From: an uncultured Verrucomicrobiae bacterium
GTDB taxonomy: Bacteria > Verrucomicrobiota > Verrucomicrobiia > Limisphaerales > Palsa-1400
Reading direction: 5' to 3'
DNA length: 64,000 bases
Assembly (NCBI GenBank): GCA_963702845.1
Contig: OY969763.1
Coordinates: 1,120,001 to 1,184,000, forward strand
Shown here one piece after another: positions 11,030-19,740 of the stretch (position 1 is its first letter; the number at the start of each line of letters is the position of its first letter). Both the position numbers and the translations under genes were made by a program. The notes beneath the pieces were generated by a model that had not been told where the DNA came from, made no database searches, and was given only the letters and a program-made list of their open reading frames with translations.

Positions 11030-14000
11030 TTATTGTCCATCCCGGCCCCGGCGAATGAGTCGCTCTTGAGACGGACGCTCGATTGGTTTCTCGGGTTCTG
11101 CGGCAGTTGTCACAGGTTCGGGAAGAGCGTGTCCGTTGCGTGTTGTTAATTTTCCATCGGAGGCGATGGCATTGTCGACTTCGTAGATATCTCCACTGCG
11201 TTCGCCGACGCGGTTGGTCGTGTAGACGTCTGAATAGTGCCGGTAAAAGGCTTGCATCTCATCAACGTGGAATGGCCGCGAACCACGGCGACCAAAAACA
11301 ACTGTTTGATTACCGGTCTCATCAACGACGCGATCACGATCAAGGCCGCGCGAGACGGCGAAGGCAGGTCCTTTGGTCGGGTAGGTTGCGATGAGTTTTG
11401 GATTCGGTTTCGGACTGAAGCCCGCGTGTTCCGCGACGTTTTCGGGGGAGATCAATTGGATCACGCGCAGGCCGTTTTTGCCATCGGCGACAAGCGCGAA
11501 CTCGGAAGCACTGACGGAGCCGACTTGCAAAGCGCGCGTGTCATTCAACGCGCCGTTCGCGCTATACATCATGTGAAGTTTCGGCTGCGTTGGATTCTCG
11601 ACGTCGATGATGGCAAGACCTTCGGGCCCATTTGCGACATAAGCATACGTGCGTGCAGCGTAGACGCGTCCGGCGTGTTTCAGCGGAACAAATGCATTCA
11701 CGAATACCGGCTTTGTCGGTTCCGTGATGTCGACGACCTTCATGCCGTCGTCGTCAGTGATGAACGCGTAACGGAATTGCACGGTGATCGAGCAAGGATT
11801 TTTGAATCGAACAGCTTCTCCATTTCCGGTTCCGCCTTTCGGTATTGGCATGGAAAGCAGTTCGCCCACGATTTTTGGCTTCAACGGATTGCTGACGTCG
11901 ACAACCTCCAACCCGCGCTTGCACACGACGTAAAGATTGTTGCCTGCCATATACGCTTGCATCGCGCCGTTGAGTTTTCCACCAGGATTGAAGCGCACGA
12001 CATTGTTTGCGTCATCGCGCAGGAAGTTATTCATCGGATCACCATCGACAAGCGTTCCAACCAGCACGTTGACCAAACCCTCTTCGCGATCGGTGACATA
12101 AACAAAGCCGTAGATAAGGCTGATGGGCTGTTCTTCATTTTCCGGCAAACGCGTTCGCAACGGATCAATGCCCAACGTGCTCGGCAGCGTAACGCTCGTG
12201 GCGTATTTCGTGTGGATCCAGGTGCGTTGCCCGAGTGGCGATACCGGCGCGGTGACGATGCGTTCGGAGAAGCCTTTGTTGTCGATGTTCGCCACGTCGA
12301 AGACTTCAAAGCCGTCCGGCCCGTTCGCGGTATAGAGATATTCACCGCGCAAAGTTAGATCGAGAATCTCGCGCGCGTGATGGTGGTATGCTTCTTTCAG
12401 CACGGATTTATTCTCGTCGACGTGCTTCTTGTAATTGTCAGGATAGGCGAGTTTTTGCAGATGGCTCCCAATGGCGGCTTGCGGTTCGCTTGGTTCTGTC
12501 CAGACGACCGCGTCCAATCCCTCTTTGCCCTCGCCGACGTAAGCGTAACGTCCAAAAAAGTTGACTGTGCCCGTGCCGAACCCAAGAAGTTGCGCCATCC
12601 ACGCGTTGTTGTCGTTGTTGGAGGAAAGGTGACAATCGGTGCAGGTCTTCGTCGTGCCGACGCCGCTCGTCGTGTGCGCGAAATGCGGGTTGAAGGCTTG
12701 GCCGCTATAGCCTTCGGCCGACACCGTTTGTTGCTGCGAATAGACCCATTCGCGATTCGCATTCTGTGAACCGACAATGACGGCGCTCGACGAACGGATC
12801 ACGGCCAGCCGGTGATCTTTGTAAGTGGCATCTTTGCCGAGCATGAAAACGTCGTCGCGAACAACCTGTGGATTGTAGGACGTGTAATTGCGGGTCGTGA
12901 TGCCTTCGTATTTATTGGCCGCAACGCGTTGGTTCGCGCGCATCGGGAGGTGACAACCGAAACAGCTCGTTGCCCAGGACGTATGACAAACCTCGCAACT
13001 GACATTCGAATTATCATGCGCCAGATTCGTCTTGCGCGAGCAGCCATCGCCGGTCGGAACGTTGCCCCACGTCTTTCCGTCACGACGAATGGTTTTTGCA
13101 TAACGCGACTTGGGATTGTAGTGCGATGAAGCCGGGTCAATCGTGTCGAGAGTTTGCGGCACTTCCCAACGCACATCCGGGCTCATCATCGAGCGTTGAT
13201 AAAGTTTTTTGCCGTTCCAAATAAAACGCGGTCCCCAGGGCGTGGAAGACTTCGCGAGGTCAATCTTTCCGCCGTTGCCAGTGGTGACCAGCGTGGGACG
13301 TTTTTCAACCGTGCCATGGCAATCGATGCACTCGATCGTCGTCGCCGCGCGCGGTTCGCCGTAGAGATTGCCATTCCCATGGACGTCGACGTCGAAATGG
13401 CAGTCGACACATTGCATGCCGTGCGCGAGGTGCGCGTCTTTCAAGTGAACGGCTTTGGAAAATTTGTGGGCATCATCCTGCGGGATGATTTTGTCATCCA
13501 GGTCGAGGAGGTTGCCTTTGCGATCGTGTTTGAATACCGCGCGAAAGATCCAGCCGTGTCCGTGGTAATCGGCAAACTGCGTTTGTTTCAGGTTCGGATT
13601 CAGCTCGGCAGTTTTTTCTAGAAAATCCAAATCACCCCACAAGCCACGCGCGGCCGCTGCTTCGGGATTTTTTCGCAGCGACTCGAACATTTCCTTTTCC
13701 GTCGGGTTTTTCTGCTGCTTCGGATACATGAACTCGCCGTCCGTTTCCTGGTCCCACCAGGTGTAACCGACGTATGGGTTCACGAACAAATTTCCCTGGT
13801 GCATGTGGCAGGTCATGCATTGGCTGGTCGGAATGCTGCGCGTGAATTGGTGTTTGATGGGATGCGCGCGCTCGCGTTTTGAAATCTGTTTATCGGCCGT
13901 GAAGCTCAGACCTTGATTGCCATATTTACTATACCAACCTGATTGCGACGGTGACCGGTCGTTCGCATAAACAACGTGGCACGCCGAACAACCGCTGGAA

Positions 14001-14947
14001 CGATAATCGCCAGGATGATCATTCGAGCCCATGAAGCCGAGCAGGGGATCGTGCAGGCGCGTTTTTTGTAAGTTCAGGAAAACGGGATCGATGCGATTAA
14101 GCGTGCCCAGGCCGCGCTCGGAGAGTCGTCGCGCTGGTTTGCCCGGCTCTTCTTCAGGATTCGGAATGCCCAGCGAGTTTTGCTTTTCACCACCTTTTTC
14201 AAAAATGCGCAAGATATTGCTCGGCTGACCGATCTCAAATTTTGGCAGCGGTTCGATAAACGGAAGTATTCCGCGCAAACGGGTGTCCTCGGTAGTGACA
14301 GGCGTCGGGTTGGTCAGTTTCAACGGCGCGCCATCGAATCCGTAAGACTGGCCGTAGCGGTAGTTTTTAAACGGGACCGCGCCATTATTATATAGCGCCG
14401 CGCCCCAAAGCATCGCGCCATGGTTCATCATGCTGTGGTCGACGCGCCGAATCACATCGTTGTGGCATAGTCCGCACGCTTCGTCGGCAACCCGCAAGTC
14501 GCCGGGATTAACGAAACGAATGAATTCAGTCGACTCGTGATTAAGCAGGACGTTTGACTCATTCGGGTTAGCCGAGCTTTCCCAGAAAATCGGATTGCGC
14601 GGTGGCACGTGCGCTTTGCGTTGGGTGAGTCCAGGCGTCGGATTGCCCCCGTGACAATCGGTGCAACCGAGGACGACATTCGGCGACTGGTGCATGTCTT
14701 CTGCACCGGCGTGACATTCCAAACAGCCGCGACTTTTCTTGAAGGCCTCTTCGCGGGATTGATCCACTAAATTGTGCGCTTTCGCCGCGACGGATTTTTT
14801 GCTTTGGCGCGGAACTGAAATTTCTGGACCATATCCGACGTCACCGAATGAAGAAGATCTAACCGCAAAGAACGCAAAGATCACAAAGAGGGGTAAACAT
14901 TTCTTTGTGTTCTTTGCGTTCTTTGCGGTTAAATAAAATCGCCGCAT
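11030..14947 (-). CDS. Multiheme c-type cytochrome (10 CXXCH) with C-terminal LVIVD-like repeats
   Basis: CLECH, CTDCH, CGLCH, CSACH, CMTCH, CVDCH, CIDCH, CEVCH, CFGCH, CTDCH. Repeats include YAYVANGPEGLAIIDVENP and LEVVDVSNP. Start is 14947 or 14971. Confidence 0.88.
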   Translation of the reverse strand: MRRFYLTAKNAKNTKKCLPLFVIFAFFAVRSSSFGDVGYGPEISVPRQSKKSVAAKAHNLVDQSREEAFKKSRGCLECHAGAEDMHQSPNVVLGCTDCHGGNPTPGLTQRKAHVPPRNPIFWESSANPNESNVLLNHESTEFIRFVNPGDLRVADEACGLCHNDVIRRVDHSMMNHGAMLWGAALYNNGAVPFKNYRYGQSYGFDGAPLKLTNPTPVTTEDTRLRGILPFIEPLPKFEIGQPSNILRIFEKGGEKQNSLGIPNPEEEPGKPARRLSERGLGTLNRIDPVFLNLQKTRLHDPLLGFMGSNDHPGDYRSSGCSACHVVYANDRSPSQSGWYSKYGNQGLSFTADKQISKRERAHPIKHQFTRSIPTSQCMTCHMHQGNLFVNPYVGYTWWDQETDGEFMYPKQQKNPTEKEMFESLRKNPEAAAARGLWGDLDFLEKTAELNPNLKQTQFADYHGHGWIFRAVFKHDRKGNLLDLDDKIIPQDDAHKFSKAVHLKDAHLAHGMQCVDCHFDVDVHGNGNLYGEPRAATTIECIDCHGTVEKRPTLVTTGNGGKIDLAKSSTPWGPRFIWNGKKLYQRSMMSPDVRWEVPQTLDTIDPASSHYNPKSRYAKTIRRDGKTWGNVPTGDGCSRKTNLAHDNSNVSCEVCHTSWATSCFGCHLPMRANQRVAANKYEGITTRNYTSYNPQVVRDDVFMLGKDATYKDHRLAVIRSSSAVIVGSQNANREWVYSQQQTVSAEGYSGQAFNPHFAHTTSGVGTTKTCTDCHLSSNNDNNAWMAQLLGFGTGTVNFFGRYAYVGEGKEGLDAVVWTEPSEPQAAIGSHLQKLAYPDNYKKHVDENKSVLKEAYHHHAREILDLTLRGEYLYTANGPDGFEVFDVANIDNKGFSERIVTAPVSPLGQRTWIHTKYATSVTLPSTLGIDPLRTRLPENEEQPISLIYGFVYVTDREEGLVNVLVGTLVDGDPMNNFLRDDANNVVRFNPGGKLNGAMQAYMAGNNLYVVCKRGLEVVDVSNPLKPKIVGELLSMPIPKGGTGNGEAVRFKNPCSITVQFRYAFITDDDGMKVVDITEPTKPVFVNAFVPLKHAGRVYAARTYAYVANGPEGLAIIDVENPTQPKLHMMYSANGALNDTRALQVGSVSASEFALVADGKNGLRVIQLISPENVAEHAGFSPKPNPKLIATYPTKGPAFAVSRGLDRDRVVDETGNQTVVFGRRGSRPFHVDEMQAFYRHYSDVYTTNRVGERSGDIYEVDNAIASDGKLTTRNGHALPEPVTTAAEPEKPIERPSQERLIRRGRDGQ
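14860..14931. repeat. Palindromic repeat (30-bp arms, 12-nt loop, 9-nt periodicity) inside a coding region
   Basis: TAACCGCAAAGAACGCAAAGATCACAAAGA / TCTTTGTGTTCTTTGCGTTCTTTGCGGTTA, one mismatch. Confidence 0.95.
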
Positions 14948-14999
14948 GGTTGAGTCGCTGCAGGGTGTCATTGGGCTGCGCGGCTGTCAATGCGTCGCG

Positions 15000-16367
15000 C
15001 TATTTACCGATACAAAATTGGCTGAAGATCGAATCGAGCAAATCTTCAGTGGTCGTTTTGCCCACAATCTCACCAATGGCATTTGTTGCCTCGCGCAATT
15101 CCAACGCGATGACCTCCAGGCCGGAATCGGCGCGCAATCCGGCTACGCTTCGTTCAATTGCTCCGCGCGTGCGCGAAAGTGCCTCCTGATGGCGCGCATT
15201 GATCATCACTTCCAACATTTCGGCTCGAATTTCTCCGCCCCAGACAAGATTTCGAATCGCGTCTTTGAGCGTTTCAATGCCCTTGCCAGTAATGCAGCAA
15301 ACCTCGATGGCGTTGATTCCAGCCGGCACCTGCAGGCGCGCCGGCAAATCAGATTTATTGCGAACAACAATCCGTTTCTTACTCGCGAATTCTTCGAGAT
15401 ATTTCTCGTCCTCCGTCGTGAGCGGTTCTGACGAATCAAGCACGTGCAGAATTAATTCCGCACGCGCCAAACTCTCACGGCTGCGCCGGATTCCCTCAAC
15501 TTCAATGACGTCAGTCGAATCGCGCAACCCGGCCGTATCGATGAACACAACCGGCACACCGCGAATGTTTGCCGTTTCTTCGATCGTGTCACGGGTCGTG
15601 CCCGGAATCGGCGAAACGATGGCGCGATCGCGCCCGAGCAATTGGTTGAGCAAACTCGATTTGCCGACATTGGGGCGCCCAATAATCGCCGCGCGAATCC
15701 CGCGTCGCAGAATCTGTCCTTCGCTCGCGGTGCGCAGCAGTTCGTCGATAAACCGTTCAGCGCCCTCAAGCCTCGAAACCAATTTGTCCTTGGTATCAGG
15801 CGCGATGTCCTCATCCGGAAAATCAATATGCGCTTCGACATGCGCGAGAGTTTTCATCAAGTCATCGCGTAGTTGATTGATGCGCTGCGATAACTTGCCC
15901 GCCAATTGCTCGTTCGCGGCGGCTAACGCCAGTTCAGTTCGCGAATGAATCAAATCCGCTACCGCTTCCGCTTGTGTCAAATCTATGCGGCCGTTGACAA
16001 AGGCTCGTTTCGTAAACTCACCGGGTTCGGCCAATCGCGCGCCATTTTTCAGGAGCGTATCCAAAATCAGTTTCGCCGGCAGCAATCCGCCATGGCACGC
16101 AATTTCCACCACATCTTCTTTTGTGAACGTCCTGGGTGCGCGCATCACGCTGACCAAAACCTCGTCGAGCACCTTGGCTCCATCGACCATGTGTCCAAAA
16201 TGAATCGTGTGCGTCTGCGCTTGCGAGGGTTTCGTCGCGGATTTCCCGGCCGGTCGAAAACATCTATCCGACACCGCCAATGCTGTAGAGCCCGACACGC
16301 GGAGTACCGCAAGCCCACCTTCCCCGAGCGGAGTCGCGATCGCAGCAATCGTGTCATCGATTAACAT
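15000..16367 (-). CDS. mnmE: tRNA modification GTPase MnmE (TrmE)
   Basis: DTIAAIATPLGEGG, AEPGEFTKRAF, GRPNVGKSS, GTTRD, DTAG, NKSD and C-terminal FCIGK. Confidence 0.98.
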   Translation of the reverse strand: MLIDDTIAAIATPLGEGGLAVLRVSGSTALAVSDRCFRPAGKSATKPSQAQTHTIHFGHMVDGAKVLDEVLVSVMRAPRTFTKEDVVEIACHGGLLPAKLILDTLLKNGARLAEPGEFTKRAFVNGRIDLTQAEAVADLIHSRTELALAAANEQLAGKLSQRINQLRDDLMKTLAHVEAHIDFPDEDIAPDTKDKLVSRLEGAERFIDELLRTASEGQILRRGIRAAIIGRPNVGKSSLLNQLLGRDRAIVSPIPGTTRDTIEETANIRGVPVVFIDTAGLRDSTDVIEVEGIRRSRESLARAELILHVLDSSEPLTTEDEKYLEEFASKKRIVVRNKSDLPARLQVPAGINAIEVCCITGKGIETLKDAIRNLVWGGEIRAEMLEVMINARHQEALSRTRGAIERSVAGLRADSGLEVIALELREATNAIGEIVGKTTTEDLLDSIFSQFCIGK

Positions 16368-16686
16368 CAAGATAGTCTTTACTCGACCAGGCCATTTCAA
16401 CAACTGTGTTTTTCCGTGCCGAAGTAAATGAACAATGTAAAGGACTGACCCCAACGACCCCTAGAAGCTTGCTAAATCCAAAGTTGTCGGAATCTATCTT
16501 TCAGTCACTGTCACATTTCACACGACACACACAATCAGGTTTCCACCGATTGTTTTTTGCTGAACCGCCGGTCATCGTCGCGCGTAGTAATTTGTAACTG
16601 TTTATCCGGGTAATGGATTAGGTCGCTCAGCGAGAAAACATATTCGCAAAGGGAATCTGACTGCCACGCACCGGGAGGAGAATGAT

Positions 16687-19600
16687 ATGCAAAGAGCGTT
16701 TTTTACCGCGGCAGTGTTTGCTGTATTTGTGCCACTGCTGGCATGTGCCGCCCCGACCAATGGCAATACTGCCGTGCTTACGTTTGTTGATGTGGCGCAT
16801 GTCGTCAAGCGCGATGGAAACTTTCGTGTGTGGCAGCGAACGGCGGTAGAAACGAGCCCGAGAGGAAGAACTGTAAGCAAACTCCACTCGGTTACCGAAG
16901 TGGCCACGGGCATTTGTTACAAACATGATGGGCAATGGTTTGACGCTGATCCGCAAGTCGTAGTTGCACAAGACGGTAGCGGTTCGGGTACAAAAGGTGC
17001 CGGGCCATTGCAACTTTCGCCAGACATCAACACGGACGGCAGCGTCCAGTTCACGGCCGCAAATACAAAGCAGCTTCGCGGGCACGTTCTTGGAATTTGC
17101 TACTACGATTGGAAGAACCAACGTGAAGCTCAAATAGCCAGCATCAAGAGTTCAATTGGCTCTGTAGTGGGCAAGAATCAGGTCCTTTACGGCGATGCAT
17201 TCGATTCGGTTAAGGCGGACGTACGTTACACTTACAGGAAATCGGGAATCGGACAGGACATCATTTTGCGCGAACAATTGCCTTCGCCTGCGGACGTGGG
17301 AATGGATTCGTCAACCACACGAGTGGAGGTCTGGACGGAATTTCTCAATCCGCCGCTTGCAACTGCTAATAATGTAAACGATCAAGCATCTGGCCAGGTG
17401 ACGCAGGGCTTTATAGATTTCGGTGGCATGCGCATCGGGCGAGGAGCGGCATTTTCTATTCCCGACGGAAACGTTCAGAAATCGATACTGCCAGTTGACA
17501 AACAATGGCAACAAATAGACGGACGAACCTTTCTCATCGAGAGCGTTAATTATCCTTCGTTGCTCCGGCGGACAGCCGATCTTCCTCAGCGTCCGCAGGC
17601 CGCAATCCAGAAAAGAGCAAAGGCAATTGCGAATGCGGCATCGTTAAAGCGCAGCACGCCGGTTCGAATCGCGTCAAGGGAGAATTCTGGAGCTAAGCTC
17701 CGGATAGCCTCGGCAAATTCAGAAACAAAGGGATTCGTTGTCGATTACGAATTAGTCTCAGGGGAAGTGTCGGACTACACCTTTTTGGGAGATACGACTT
17801 ACTACATTAGCGGTGAATTTGATATTGATGACACTCTGACCATTGAAGGCAATACGGTTGTCAAATATGCATCAGCGGGAACAATCAATATTGGAGGAGC
17901 AACCATCTGTTCCACTGCAAGCTATCGGCCAGCCATTTTTACGTCTCAAGATGACGATTCAGTCGGCGAGCAAATCAGCGGCAGCAGCGGGTCTCCAAGT
18001 CCAATCGGCGCCAATCCCGCATTGTACTTCCAAGGCACAAATAGCATTTTGCATAATGTACATTTCTTTTACCTCAACAATCCTATCCGCCAGATAGGGG
18101 GCGCGCTTTCTCTCGCGAATATCCAATCCGTCCACTGTCTGTTTCCCCTCTGGTTATACGACATGTCCGTATCCCTTAATAATTCACTTATCTTCGATTT
18201 TGCCGAACTTTTGACGGGCGAGGATTCCATCCTGACTGTCCAACTCCTAAACGACACCGTGTGTTCGGGAAGTGTAGCAGTGGATGCAAACGGAGCTGTT
18301 GGTGGTGTCACAAACTGTGTCTTTGCATCCGTCACAAATACAGACTTTCTTAACGGGGCGTACAATGGATTTTACAATTCACCGGCGTTCGGAAGTCAGC
18401 AGTTCACCACCAACTCACCGCCTTTCCAATCGGGCGCTTTCGGTAATTTCTATCTAACTAACGGTTGCACTTTTCGCGATCAAGGGACCACGAATATCGA
18501 CTCGAGTCTGCTAACGTCGTTAAGGCAGAAAACCACTTATCCGCCGGTAGTCCATGTCAGCGAAAGTATCACCAATGTGACGACCTATTCGCCAACTGCT
18601 CAACGCGATATGGCTTTAGGCGATGGTTTGGATCTCGGCTACCACTATGACCCAATTGACCACGTTTTCTCGCAATGCGATGCTTACTCGAATATTACCT
18701 TCAGCGCGGGCACCGTTGCCGCCTGGTATCGTACAACCTCTGGATTCTATCACACCGGTCACGGCATCCACATGGATGACCAGAAAATTGCGACTTTTGC
18801 CGGAACTTATGACCTTCCCTGTTATTGGGTGCGATGCAATACGGTTCAGGAAGGCAGTGCCGGAGAGCCGCTAACAATGGGTTACGGCGGAATAACCGGT
18901 TGGGCCGACCAGACTCTGCAGAACCCGACGCTTTCACCAGAGGTCCATCTCAACTTTACGCGCTGTTCTGCGATGGCCAACGAGATACAAGCTTATTTTT
19001 CTGACGATTGGGGCTATATGAAGGTTCGGGCGAACAATTCCGAATTTTACGATGATGGTATCGGCAACTATGGGGTTAGTTTTGCGCTCACGAACTGTCT
19101 GTTCATTCGAAGCGGCGCAGCACAGCAAGAAGGGTGGAATGGCAATTTTGCATATCTTCGCAATTGTACGTTATACGGTGGTCTCCTTTACCTCACAGCA
19201 ACCGGCATTCAGCCTGATCTACTTGTTGAAGATTGTTCCTTCGACAGCAGTAGTATTACTCAGGGTAGTTATGGGTTCAACGGAACGTTTGATTATAACT
19301 GGTATATCGGCGGCTATCAGCACGTCACGACCAATACCGATTTAACGCCGAGTGGTATCCACGACACCAACTTATTGAGTTTCGATTGGCAATCAGGTCT
19401 GGCGGGCAATTTCTATTTACCAACCAGCAGTCTACTCATCAATGCTGGCAGCCGCTCGGCACCCGATGCAGGGCTGTTTCATTACACGACCACAACGAAC
19501 CAGGTCATAGAAACCAACACGGTCGTCGATATCGGCTATCACTACATCGCCCTTAATACCAACGGGAATCCTGACGACGCAGATGGCGACGGCGTTCCAG

Positions 19601-19725
19601 ATTACCTCGAAGACGCTAACGGGAACGGCACTGTGGATTCCGGTGAAACGGATTGGCAGAGTGCCTCCGACCTTGGATTGAAGGTGCAGATTACCCGGCC
19701 TCAGAACAACTCAAACCTGCCGTGA
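16687..19725 (+). CDS. Large secreted protein upstream of RHS (putative beta-helix modules, Ca-binding-like C-terminus)
   Basis: Signal peptide and an RBS (GGAGGAG). The GNFYL...D[LI]GYHY module occurs twice. DADGDGVPDYLEDANGNG lies near the C-terminus. Confidence 0.75.
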   Translation: MQRAFFTAAVFAVFVPLLACAAPTNGNTAVLTFVDVAHVVKRDGNFRVWQRTAVETSPRGRTVSKLHSVTEVATGICYKHDGQWFDADPQVVVAQDGSGSGTKGAGPLQLSPDINTDGSVQFTAANTKQLRGHVLGICYYDWKNQREAQIASIKSSIGSVVGKNQVLYGDAFDSVKADVRYTYRKSGIGQDIILREQLPSPADVGMDSSTTRVEVWTEFLNPPLATANNVNDQASGQVTQGFIDFGGMRIGRGAAFSIPDGNVQKSILPVDKQWQQIDGRTFLIESVNYPSLLRRTADLPQRPQAAIQKRAKAIANAASLKRSTPVRIASRENSGAKLRIASANSETKGFVVDYELVSGEVSDYTFLGDTTYYISGEFDIDDTLTIEGNTVVKYASAGTINIGGATICSTASYRPAIFTSQDDDSVGEQISGSSGSPSPIGANPALYFQGTNSILHNVHFFYLNNPIRQIGGALSLANIQSVHCLFPLWLYDMSVSLNNSLIFDFAELLTGEDSILTVQLLNDTVCSGSVAVDANGAVGGVTNCVFASVTNTDFLNGAYNGFYNSPAFGSQQFTTNSPPFQSGAFGNFYLTNGCTFRDQGTTNIDSSLLTSLRQKTTYPPVVHVSESITNVTTYSPTAQRDMALGDGLDLGYHYDPIDHVFSQCDAYSNITFSAGTVAAWYRTTSGFYHTGHGIHMDDQKIATFAGTYDLPCYWVRCNTVQEGSAGEPLTMGYGGITGWADQTLQNPTLSPEVHLNFTRCSAMANEIQAYFSDDWGYMKVRANNSEFYDDGIGNYGVSFALTNCLFIRSGAAQQEGWNGNFAYLRNCTLYGGLLYLTATGIQPDLLVEDCSFDSSSITQGSYGFNGTFDYNWYIGGYQHVTTNTDLTPSGIHDTNLLSFDWQSGLAGNFYLPTSSLLINAGSRSAPDAGLFHYTTTTNQVIETNTVVDIGYHYIALNTNGNPDDADGDGVPDYLEDANGNGTVDSGETDWQSASDLGLKVQITRPQNNSNLP

Positions 19726-19740
19726 TCCAGAGATTTTCGT

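Noticed and set aside
11237..12358. 373-aa antisense ORF (also 5569-6474 and 35943-37109)
   Set aside because: Opposite well-supported genes, with no motifs; typical of GC-rich codon bias.
15000..16454. mnmE as an integrase target or origin-proximal marker
   Set aside because: No integrase and no duplicated mnmE 3' end. The accessory tract lies on the 5' side, and no dnaA, dnaN, yidC or DnaA-box cluster was seen.
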